IMG/VR virus record: IMGVR_UViG_3300031788_000021
Coordinates: 1-55,782 of that record
DNA: 55,782 nt
Source: a virus
Taxonomy: Duplodnaviria > Caudoviricetes
Direction: 5' to 3' (one strand)
Positions 23,858 to 31,618 of the stretch are shown here, one piece after another. How positions within the stretch are numbered: the stretch's first letter is position 1; every line of letters starts with the position of its first letter. The notes under the pieces were generated by a model, which was not told where the DNA came from, did no database searches, and saw only the letters and a list, made by a program, of their open reading frames with translations. Position numbers and translations under genes: made by a program.

Positions 23858-26800
23858 ATGCCGACCGATTTCTCGTTCGTCAAGCCCGAGGGTTGGGAGA
23901 TGATGAAGCCCGACTTCGAGAAGGCGGAGAAGAAGTGGCTGGAGAAGGTCAAGAAGAAGGAGATCGATCAGGCGACGGCGGACAAGATCGTGAAGCTGAT
24001 GTGGGACAAGTACGACCGATGGTCAAAGGGTAAGGGCCTGAAGAAGAAAGAGGACCAGACAATGATACAGAGGCACGAGAAGCCTAAGCACAAGGAAGAG
24101 CGCCAGGCCATGGTCCGTGAGGCCAGGATAGGCCGGACTCAACTGGTGGACATCCTCAATGCGATCACTAATGGGACGGTAGACAATCCCAATGCCTTCG
24201 CTTATACCCTGCAACTCAATCAGATTGCCGATGCCGAGTTTTTCGACATGTTCTCCAGCGATGTCCAGACTTACCCCCAACTTTACCCAGATTCCTTGGT
24301 AAGCTATTTCCAGAATTTATTCAAGGAATGGGGTTTTGGCCCTGGCCTTGACAACTTGAAGAAGACGGCCATGAACAGGCAAGCTCGGGTCAACAGGCAG
24401 CAACTGGTTGAAATTCTGAACATGATAACCGGAGGCAATGGTCCGATATGGAATTCGGAAGATTTCCCTCGGGTTCTGGAGCAGAAGAGAATAAGCGAGG
24501 ACGAGTTCTTCAACATTTTCGCCGAGGACGTAAAATCATTTCCCAATCTGTATCCCCGCCATTTCATTAACTATTTTCAGGACTTGTTCGAGGATTGGGG
24601 TTACGGTCCTGAAATGGAGCGCGTGAGAAAAGCCTATCGAGGGAACAACGGACCGAAACCTAACCCAATACCTTCCGGTGGTCCTGGGCGGGCCCCAGCT
24701 CAGGCCCCAGCTCAGGCCCCAGCTCAGGCCCCAGCTCAGGCCCCAGCTCAGGCCCCAGCCGCCGGTCCCGGGCAGGTCCCCGAGGCCCCGGCCCCCGGGC
24801 AGTACCCGACCGAGCCCCAGCCGTGGCCGCAGGGGATGGAGCCTCCGCGCAGCGCCCAGGGCCCGGTCTTCCGCTACTACGTCCTGTTCCGGATGCCGGG
24901 TGAGCAGCAGCAGCGCGCGGCGATCGCCGAGGGCGTGAGCCAGGCCGACATGGGCGCGTGGCTGAACAAGCAGCAGGCGGCCAAGGTCCAGTTCTTCCAG
25001 GCCAAGCAACTGAGCGGGGGCCAGGCGACCCCGGTTCCCGGACCGGGCGTCGCCGCCAAGGTCCCGATCAAGGTTCCGGTATCGATTCCTGCTGGAGGTG
25101 AGTCCGAGACTTCAAGTGGTATGATCGAGACTTCAAGTGGTATGATCGAGACTCCAAACCCAATGGACCCCAAGAGATATCTTTGGGGTATGAAGTTTAA
25201 GACGAAATCGGGGCATATCGGCGTGATCCCAAACCCGGCACGTCCAGATGTAAGGGCCCCGAATATGACCGGAACCGAGATGATACATCTCATGGAATGG
25301 TATGAGAAGGCGGGTTTGCCCATCATCGAGCTACACAAGACTGGTCCGGGTGTCGAGGCCAGGATAGGGGATGACATTATGGTTCGCATGGCTCAATCGG
25401 AGACTCCTGAAGACAAGTTCAAGTCCGGGACCCCCGTGATCTTCACCGACGACGTCAACCTTGAGTTCTCGTCCCTCTCCGCTCGGGGGCCGGTCAAGAA
25501 GAACATGACCGGGCGCGTCAAGAAGGTCGACGACCAGAACTACACCATCGACATCGCCGGGCAGATGTACCTCGTCCCCAAGATCGTGGCGGAGTCGGTC
25601 ATGTCCGAGTTCAAGCCCGAGGTCGTGGTCGACGAGGGCGACTTGGAGGGCGGGCAGCAGGAAGCACCCGCACCTTCGCCCGAGGCCGCCGCCGCCGCTC
25701 CCGAAGCTGCTCCGGAGCCCCAGGATCAGGTGGAGATCGAGGAGCAGCCCCAGGCCCCGCAGGCCCCGGCGCCGGTGGGCGGCGCCCCCAAGACCGACCT
25801 GTCCAAGGCCCCGAAGCCGCAGGCCAAGCCCCAGCCAGTGGCGAGCGTGGATGACGGGAGTATCGTGGTTCTGGCCTCCGAGCTAGAGGACGGATCGATC
25901 ACCAGCTTCGCCAGCACCTACGAGGAGCGCCCCGACCTCGGCGACATCACAGGCGCCCTCAGGGGCATGGTCGTCGTCGCAGCGTCGATGACCAACCGCG
26001 ACGTCGCCAAAGCCTTCGCTAGGGGCGGGGAAAAGGCCAGGTCCAAGCACATGTTCATCGACGGAGACACCGTCTACTCCTACGGCACGCACTTCCCGAT
26101 CGCGACCAGAGCCGATGACGGCACCATCTACTTCACGAGCAAGAGCTACAGTGCCTCGACTTCGGTGCACAAGAGCCTGGTCCGGAAGGAGCTGTCGATC
26201 AAGGGACTCACCATTCAGGAGTCCTCCGTGACCCTGGGCGACAAGGTCGGGCCGCCGAACCCCGAGGACAAGGCCATGCAGGACAAGCGCGACGCCTCGG
26301 AGCAGCGCCGCCAGGAGCGCCGCCAGAAGCGGCAGGTCGGCAGGCCCTCGGAACCGGTGGCGGAGGAGTCCTACGCCCCGGGTCCGACCGCGCCCCAGAC
26401 CGGCAAGGACGCGATCCCGGGTATGGGCCCGCTCATGAAGAGGCACACGGTCCCGGCGCCGCGCAAGGAGGAACCCTCCTACTTCAACATGGAGAAGGAG
26501 GTCCCGACGATGAAGCCCGGTCAGCAGCAGATCGTCCTGGATCGCCTGCTTGATCAGCTCTCCCAGGAGTCCGACCCCGAGAAGCGGAAGCAGATCGAGG
26601 AGAGGATCAGGTCGGTGCAAGCCTCGATCAGGGCGATGATGCTCCGGCGCGCCGAACTCATCGGGATCGATGGGCTTGAGCAGGAGGTCGCGGACAGGAC
26701 CAAGGAGAAGTTCCATATCAAGGACGACGACGGCCCCATCAAGAACTTGCCGGTGAGCGAACCCTTCTCGCGGCAGAACACGAAGCCGCTCAACACCGCC

Positions 26801-26923
26801 TCGAAGTCCGAGGCCTTCGCCGACCTCCTGATGCTGATCGAGCGCGAGGCCCCGGGCGTCCCGTCCGAGATCGGGAGGAGACTCTACCGTGCAGACGGTG
26901 CTGTCACGCCCCACAACAGATAA
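23858..26923 (+). CDS. modular putative internal head protein (1021 aa)
   Basis: tandem ~85-aa duplication, APAQ repeats, YSYGTHFPIA domain, and one copy of the hairpin+RRA linker (LDRLLDQ..DPEKRKQIEERIRSVQASIRAMMLRRA). Confidence 0.85.
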   Translation: MPTDFSFVKPEGWEMMKPDFEKAEKKWLEKVKKKEIDQATADKIVKLMWDKYDRWSKGKGLKKKEDQTMIQRHEKPKHKEERQAMVREARIGRTQLVDILNAITNGTVDNPNAFAYTLQLNQIADAEFFDMFSSDVQTYPQLYPDSLVSYFQNLFKEWGFGPGLDNLKKTAMNRQARVNRQQLVEILNMITGGNGPIWNSEDFPRVLEQKRISEDEFFNIFAEDVKSFPNLYPRHFINYFQDLFEDWGYGPEMERVRKAYRGNNGPKPNPIPSGGPGRAPAQAPAQAPAQAPAQAPAQAPAAGPGQVPEAPAPGQYPTEPQPWPQGMEPPRSAQGPVFRYYVLFRMPGEQQQRAAIAEGVSQADMGAWLNKQQAAKVQFFQAKQLSGGQATPVPGPGVAAKVPIKVPVSIPAGGESETSSGMIETSSGMIETPNPMDPKRYLWGMKFKTKSGHIGVIPNPARPDVRAPNMTGTEMIHLMEWYEKAGLPIIELHKTGPGVEARIGDDIMVRMAQSETPEDKFKSGTPVIFTDDVNLEFSSLSARGPVKKNMTGRVKKVDDQNYTIDIAGQMYLVPKIVAESVMSEFKPEVVVDEGDLEGGQQEAPAPSPEAAAAAPEAAPEPQDQVEIEEQPQAPQAPAPVGGAPKTDLSKAPKPQAKPQPVASVDDGSIVVLASELEDGSITSFASTYEERPDLGDITGALRGMVVVAASMTNRDVAKAFARGGEKARSKHMFIDGDTVYSYGTHFPIATRADDGTIYFTSKSYSASTSVHKSLVRKELSIKGLTIQESSVTLGDKVGPPNPEDKAMQDKRDASEQRRQERRQKRQVGRPSEPVAEESYAPGPTAPQTGKDAIPGMGPLMKRHTVPAPRKEEPSYFNMEKEVPTMKPGQQQIVLDRLLDQLSQESDPEKRKQIEERIRSVQASIRAMMLRRAELIGIDGLEQEVADRTKEKFHIKDDDGPIKNLPVSEPFSRQNTKPLNTASKSEAFADLLMLIEREAPGVPSEIGRRLYRADGAVTPHNR
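24692..24759 (+). repeat. (GCCCCAGCTCAG)5+ encoding (APAQ)5
   Basis: perfect 12-bp tandem repeat. Confidence 0.9.
25105..25153 (+). repeat. 21-bp tandem duplication
   Basis: CGAGACTTCAAGTGGTATGAT twice plus a partial copy. Confidence 0.9.
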
Positions 26924-26954
26924 AGGCCAAGGGCTCAAGCCCTCGGAGGTAGTT

Positions 26955-27950
26955 ATGAAGAAGTCGGCTGAAGCCGATCCGCACGCTGAGCAGGACCGAG
27001 TCATACGAGAATGCCTAGGGAACGAAGAGAAGCTGAAGTCTCTCAACGACACGATGGCGAGGACGATCGCCACCGAGGTCTACGATTTATCCCTGGCCAG
27101 GGCCCTGCTGCTGCCGCACCTGTGCTACGGGGGCGGATACTCTCCCGTCTACCAGGAGACCGACGCCGGTCCCGTGGTGATGGTGGACCTGGTCAGGACC
27201 GAGGAGCGCGTGCTCCACTGCCGGGCTTTCAGGGACAGCCTCTGCGAGGAGGAGACGGTGAGGACCAGGCAGGATATCAGGTACCTGACGGTCAGGGGCA
27301 AGGCCAGGCCCTCTTCCTTCACCCTGTCCTGCGTCTGCACCGCGAAGAGGACGGAACTCGGGCAGCGCCCCTACGCGATCGTGGAGCGCGCCCGACAGCA
27401 CCTGCTCCGCAGCCTGGCCCAGGACGAGACCAGGGTCATGCTCAGGGCCTTGGCTTGGGTCTGCTCCAGGTTCGGGACGCTGCGGTGGTGCGTTCGTCCC
27501 CAGGCCTCGCTGCTGCGGCTCCTGGGCGAGGCCGTCCAGCGCTCGGGGATGCACCGGAGCCCCGTGATCCTCTGCTCGCCCCTGGCCTTCGCCAGGATTC
27601 TGAATTTGAGGATCGCGCGCCTGGCTTCGGACCCGTCCCAGGACAGGCCGAGCCAGCCGATCGCGGCGATCGAAGTCGAGGGGCAGACGATACCGGTCTA
27701 CGTAAACCAGTCGATCCCCAACCACCTCTTCTACGTCATCCCCAGCGGAGCCGCCCTCGGGCAGATGCCGATCTTCTCCGAGGTCAAGGTCGAGAACTAC
27801 GACCGGAGGGAGCGGTTGATCAAGGGCTGGCAGCTGTGGCAGGGACAGGGCATGGTCTTCGTCAGGCCCCGGTCCACGAACGTGGTCTACTTCGGTTGGC
27901 GCGGCCTCTTGGCCGCCGTCAAGTCGCTTCTGGGATGGGGGAATAGTTGA
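26955..27950 (+). CDS. divergent paralogue of the major capsid protein (HK97 fold)
   Basis: colinear with 50871-51752: RPYAIVERARQ/RRYNLIDRAQQ, GQMPIFSEVKV/GVIPIRQDVNV, RERLIKGWQLWQGQGMVFVRPR/PERLRLGWVVYEELGIAVVNPR; GGAGG RBS. Confidence 0.8.
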   Translation: MKKSAEADPHAEQDRVIRECLGNEEKLKSLNDTMARTIATEVYDLSLARALLLPHLCYGGGYSPVYQETDAGPVVMVDLVRTEERVLHCRAFRDSLCEEETVRTRQDIRYLTVRGKARPSSFTLSCVCTAKRTELGQRPYAIVERARQHLLRSLAQDETRVMLRALAWVCSRFGTLRWCVRPQASLLRLLGEAVQRSGMHRSPVILCSPLAFARILNLRIARLASDPSQDRPSQPIAAIEVEGQTIPVYVNQSIPNHLFYVIPSGAALGQMPIFSEVKVENYDRRERLIKGWQLWQGQGMVFVRPRSTNVVYFGWRGLLAAVKSLLGWGNS

Positions 27951-28129
27951 TGGACCCTAAGGACTTGATCACGACTTTGGAAAAGATTCGGGAGATTGCA
28001 ACCAGCGCGGCTCCCAAGATCGCGGACTACAGCGCCAAGGATCAGGTGGATCGAATCGCGGGCCTAGCGGACTCCGCACTCAGTCGGAACCAGGCCTCGC
28101 CTGGGTCAGACGCACCCCAAGGAGGGTAA
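27950..28129 (+). CDS. hypothetical protein
   Basis: TGATG coupling. Confidence 0.6.
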   Translation: MDPKDLITTLEKIREIATSAAPKIADYSAKDQVDRIAGLADSALSRNQASPGSDAPQGG

Positions 28130-28130
28130 T

Positions 28131-28742
28131 ATGCCTCAGATCGGAACCCCGCAGACGAACATCCTCGAACCCATCGCCGGTGGATATCCGGCGACGACCC
28201 CGGCTGCCGCAGGCGAGTCCGCGCTTCTCCTCGGTCAGACCTTGGTCGACGACGCCAACCAAGAGACCGGGGGTCGGGACTCTTCCGACACCCAGCCGTG
28301 CCCCAAGCCCTACCGCGTGGCCGTGGTCCAACCCGACCTCCCCGCGATCAACACCGAGACCGGGACGATCGTGCCGACCCCGGCGGTAGACGCGAACGGG
28401 GACGAAATCTCCGAGTCCAACGTCGTGTTCTCGACGCTGACCACGGGCGGTCCCTACGACGTGTCCCAGCAGGGTCGCGCGCGCGCGGTAGAGGGCGGGA
28501 TCAACTCCGGCTTGGTCGAGAACGAGACCGTCCCGGCTGCGCCGAAGACCGGCGGGCCCGGAACCGGATACGGCGCCTTCAGCGGCGGGACCCCCGCAGG
28601 CGTCGGCTCCGACGGCGCTGGCGACAGCCTCAGCTCCCAGGCCTCGTTCCCGGCCATCAATCGCAGCGGTTCCCGGAACAACGCCTCGATCAACGTCATC
28701 TCCCGCCCCGGCGACAACCAGGGCCCGCTGTTCCTCTTCTAA
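28131..28742 (+). CDS. hypothetical Pro/Gly-rich protein
   Basis: AAGGAGG RBS. Confidence 0.75.
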   Translation: MPQIGTPQTNILEPIAGGYPATTPAAAGESALLLGQTLVDDANQETGGRDSSDTQPCPKPYRVAVVQPDLPAINTETGTIVPTPAVDANGDEISESNVVFSTLTTGGPYDVSQQGRARAVEGGINSGLVENETVPAAPKTGGPGTGYGAFSGGTPAGVGSDGAGDSLSSQASFPAINRSGSRNNASINVISRPGDNQGPLFLF

Positions 28743-28785
28743 GGGGAATCGTAAAAATCCGTAAAGAATTGTAAAGGAGGAGCAG

Positions 28786-29289
28786 ATGCCGCAGATAAAC
28801 CCGTTCCCCAACCCCGACACCGGGGCCTACGGACTCCAGCAGGCCGCTGAGTTCCAGGCCCAGATCGAGAGCCGGGGCGGCGAGGAATCGCCCAACCCCC
28901 CGTCCACGAACCTGCCAGCGTCAGTCAGGCTCATGTCCGACGCCCCGCCGCCGATCCCGGCCACCGGAGTCGTGCCCTTCATGAACCCGGTGAACACGCC
29001 CAGGGTCGACGAGTCGCTGCGGACGGTGAACAACCTCCCGCCGACGATGAGCGTCAACCTCAGGGAAGACTTCATCAACGAGGCCGAGGGCGGCCACACG
29101 CCCCTGACCCCGAACATCATCGCCCGCGACGGTATGCAGGTGATGACCGACGGTCGCCCCGGAGGCCCGGAGGACAAGGTCCTGTCCGGACCCAACGCAG
29201 CGGGCAGCGGTCCGATCATCAACCCGCAGCAGCCGACGGTGGTGCCGCCGGTCGTGGCGCCTCCCGCGCCCCTGGACGACCTGAGCTAG
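28786..29289 (+). CDS. hypothetical Pro-rich protein
   Basis: AAGGAGGAG RBS. Confidence 0.75.
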   Translation: MPQINPFPNPDTGAYGLQQAAEFQAQIESRGGEESPNPPSTNLPASVRLMSDAPPPIPATGVVPFMNPVNTPRVDESLRTVNNLPPTMSVNLREDFINEAEGGHTPLTPNIIARDGMQVMTDGRPGGPEDKVLSGPNAAGSGPIINPQQPTVVPPVVAPPAPLDDLS

Positions 29290-29290
29290 G

Positions 29291-30598
29291 ATGCCCCGGG
29301 CAGGCGCAGACGAGAGGGACTTCATCGCCCTCGCGCACTGGTTCGTGCGCGAGGTCGGTCCGCGTCTGTCTGCCTGGGTCGACGGCGAGGGCGTCAAGGT
29401 AGAGGCCCGGGCCTTGCAGGCTCGGGCCAACCGAGCCCGGGCCATCGGTGAGGTCGACGACCACGTCCACGCCTTCCTGATCATGAGCACGGCCCAGGCC
29501 CTGCGCTGGTGCTGGGCCGAGGGTCTGGGCGTCTCTGGTCGGGCCTGGGTCAAGCCCGACGGCGAGGTCGTGCAGGCGCCGAACGGACACGTCCAGTGGG
29601 TGACCGAGAACATGGACAACCTCATCGCCCAGGGCCTGGCCCCGCAGGACCCGGCGAAGAGGACTCCGCAGGCCACGTCCATCAGCCTGATGATGGATCA
29701 GGGCTGGGTCAGGTACTCGGGCGGGCAGATCACGAGCCCGAAGGGGATGCCGAGCGCGGCGCAGGTCGCGGCCCTGGATGGCCTGATCAAGCAGGTGGGG
29801 GCCCCTGCCGGGTTCAGCATCGACCTGCTGATCGGGAAGCAGTTCCTGTCCGTCCCCGCGTCCGAGGTCGAGGCCCAGGGCCTGGAGGCCGTCCTCTCCA
29901 GGATCGGGACCGAGCACCGCGCGGACATGGGCGGGGGCACCGACGGACCCCAGCAGCAGGGCGACGGCTGCGACGTCGGCCACAACTTCATGGAGACGGT
30001 CCAGGACGGATCGACCGCGCCGTTCGAGCGCTCCTACCGCTACATGAAGCAGGACTGGCAGCCCGAGGTCTGGTGGTCGAGGCAGCTCCTGGACTACCTC
30101 AGCCACAATTTCCCGGGGAAGAAGGACGTCAGCGGTCCCGAGCCCGACGCGGGCTCGATCCCGAGCGCCACCGGCCCCGGGCAGCAGTTCGCGTCTGCGG
30201 TAAAGACCGTGCTCACGGCCATGGAGCGCGAGGCCGACGCCACCGACCCCTCGGACACCGACGGCCAGCACGATCAGCTGAACGAGGACTCAACCTCCAC
30301 CCACCTCCTGGACCCGGCTTCCGTCCTCTACAAGAAGCAGCGGGGCCTCGGCGCGCCGATGGGAGACCCCGGAGGTGGCGGCGACGGGGAGATGCGCACG
30401 CGCCTCGGCCAGCGCTGGTTCCGGCGGAAGTCGGACAAGGCCCTGGAGCAGCAGATCATCCAAATGGAGAAGGACCACCTGGAGCCCCAGCAGATCACCC
30501 GGGAACTCCGCGAGGACGGTGTCCCGACCCAAGTGATAGATGAGACGTACGATAACCGGGACAAGAACCTGGTCAAGGTAGTGGAGGTCACGATATGA
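29291..30598 (+). CDS. putative internal head protein with a GWIxPxG-family domain
   Basis: AWVKPDG..H..GWVR..PSAAQ; linker-like RLGQRWFRRK. Confidence 0.75.
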   Translation: MPRAGADERDFIALAHWFVREVGPRLSAWVDGEGVKVEARALQARANRARAIGEVDDHVHAFLIMSTAQALRWCWAEGLGVSGRAWVKPDGEVVQAPNGHVQWVTENMDNLIAQGLAPQDPAKRTPQATSISLMMDQGWVRYSGGQITSPKGMPSAAQVAALDGLIKQVGAPAGFSIDLLIGKQFLSVPASEVEAQGLEAVLSRIGTEHRADMGGGTDGPQQQGDGCDVGHNFMETVQDGSTAPFERSYRYMKQDWQPEVWWSRQLLDYLSHNFPGKKDVSGPEPDAGSIPSATGPGQQFASAVKTVLTAMEREADATDPSDTDGQHDQLNEDSTSTHLLDPASVLYKKQRGLGAPMGDPGGGGDGEMRTRLGQRWFRRKSDKALEQQIIQMEKDHLEPQQITRELREDGVPTQVIDETYDNRDKNLVKVVEVTI

Positions 30599-31599
30599 TG
30601 GGCGACAAATTTTGGTCTGAACTCCGGGCGACGATCGCCGGTCTAAACAAGAAGCCGATGGTGAAGACTGCGTCGGCCAAGGACCCAAACCGCGTGGCCG
30701 TCGCCGAGGCCAAGGCCTCCGGGTTCTTTGTCAAGGCCAAGGCCATGGGCTGGGGCCTGTACCAGGTCGAGGAACTGGACGGCGGCCTCGGCTCGATCTG
30801 GCACGTGGAGAAGGACGCGGCGACGGGTGAGCAGTTCCTGGTGAAGCAGGTGGACCCCGTCGGCGACATCGTGCGCCGGGTCAAGACCGCTGCGGCCACG
30901 GGCAAGATCGTGGTCGCCGAGGACGAGAGCATTGACCCGAAGGGCGGGGGCGTGGACACCCCGTGCAAGGAATGCGGCAAGCCCCTGGGCATGGCCTACT
31001 TCTTGGACGCTCTAGGAATCTGCACCGACTGCGTCAAGAAAAGGCACAAGGACGTGACGAATCCTGGGTGGCGGAATAAGAAGGCATCGATCGTTGTCGC
31101 CGAGGACGAGAGCATCGTCCCCCAGGGCAAGGATGACGGGTTCGGGGATCAGGACAACCTCATCGTCGACGATCAACCCGAGCAACCCGCAGCGCCAGAG
31201 GCTCCGGCAGCCGTTCCCCCCATGAACGACATGGTCAAGTCGTACCTTGGGACCGCGCTCTGGGCCGAGACCGACAACGCCGATGAGAGAGGCGGAGAGC
31301 CCCTGGACAAGAACTACGACGTCGAGGACTTCGCGCCCGAGGCCGTGGCCAAGGCCACCGCCGACTGCGCCGCGTTCGAGGAGAAGGCGGGGCCCCTGCT
31401 CGAAGGCATCGAGCGCCAGGGTCAGGATGTTCCCGACGTCATCGGCTTCCACTTCTGGCTGACCAGGAACCACCACGGCGCCGGGTTCTGGGACGGCGAT
31501 TACCCCAAGGAGATCGGGGAGGCCCTGACCAAGCTCTCGCACGAGTTCAGAGAACAGTACGTGGATGTCGGAGACGACGGAAAACTTTACCTATCATAA
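30595..31599 (+). CDS. modular putative internal head protein
   Basis: VKTAS/VKTAA/KKAS motifs, a Zn ribbon, and a C-terminal [14 protein letters not shown] domain. Confidence 0.8.
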   Translation: MMGDKFWSELRATIAGLNKKPMVKTASAKDPNRVAVAEAKASGFFVKAKAMGWGLYQVEELDGGLGSIWHVEKDAATGEQFLVKQVDPVGDIVRRVKTAAATGKIVVAEDESIDPKGGGVDTPCKECGKPLGMAYFLDALGICTDCVKKRHKDVTNPGWRNKKASIVVAEDESIVPQGKDDGFGDQDNLIVDDQPEQPAAPEAPAAVPPMNDMVKSYLGTALWAETDNADERGGEPLDKNYDVEDFAPEAVAKATADCAAFEEKAGPLLEGIERQGQDVPDVIGFHFWLTRNHHGAGFWDGDYPKEIGEALTKLSHEFREQYVDVGDDGKLYLS

Positions 31600-31618
31600 G
31601 GGACCAGGAGAACAGACC

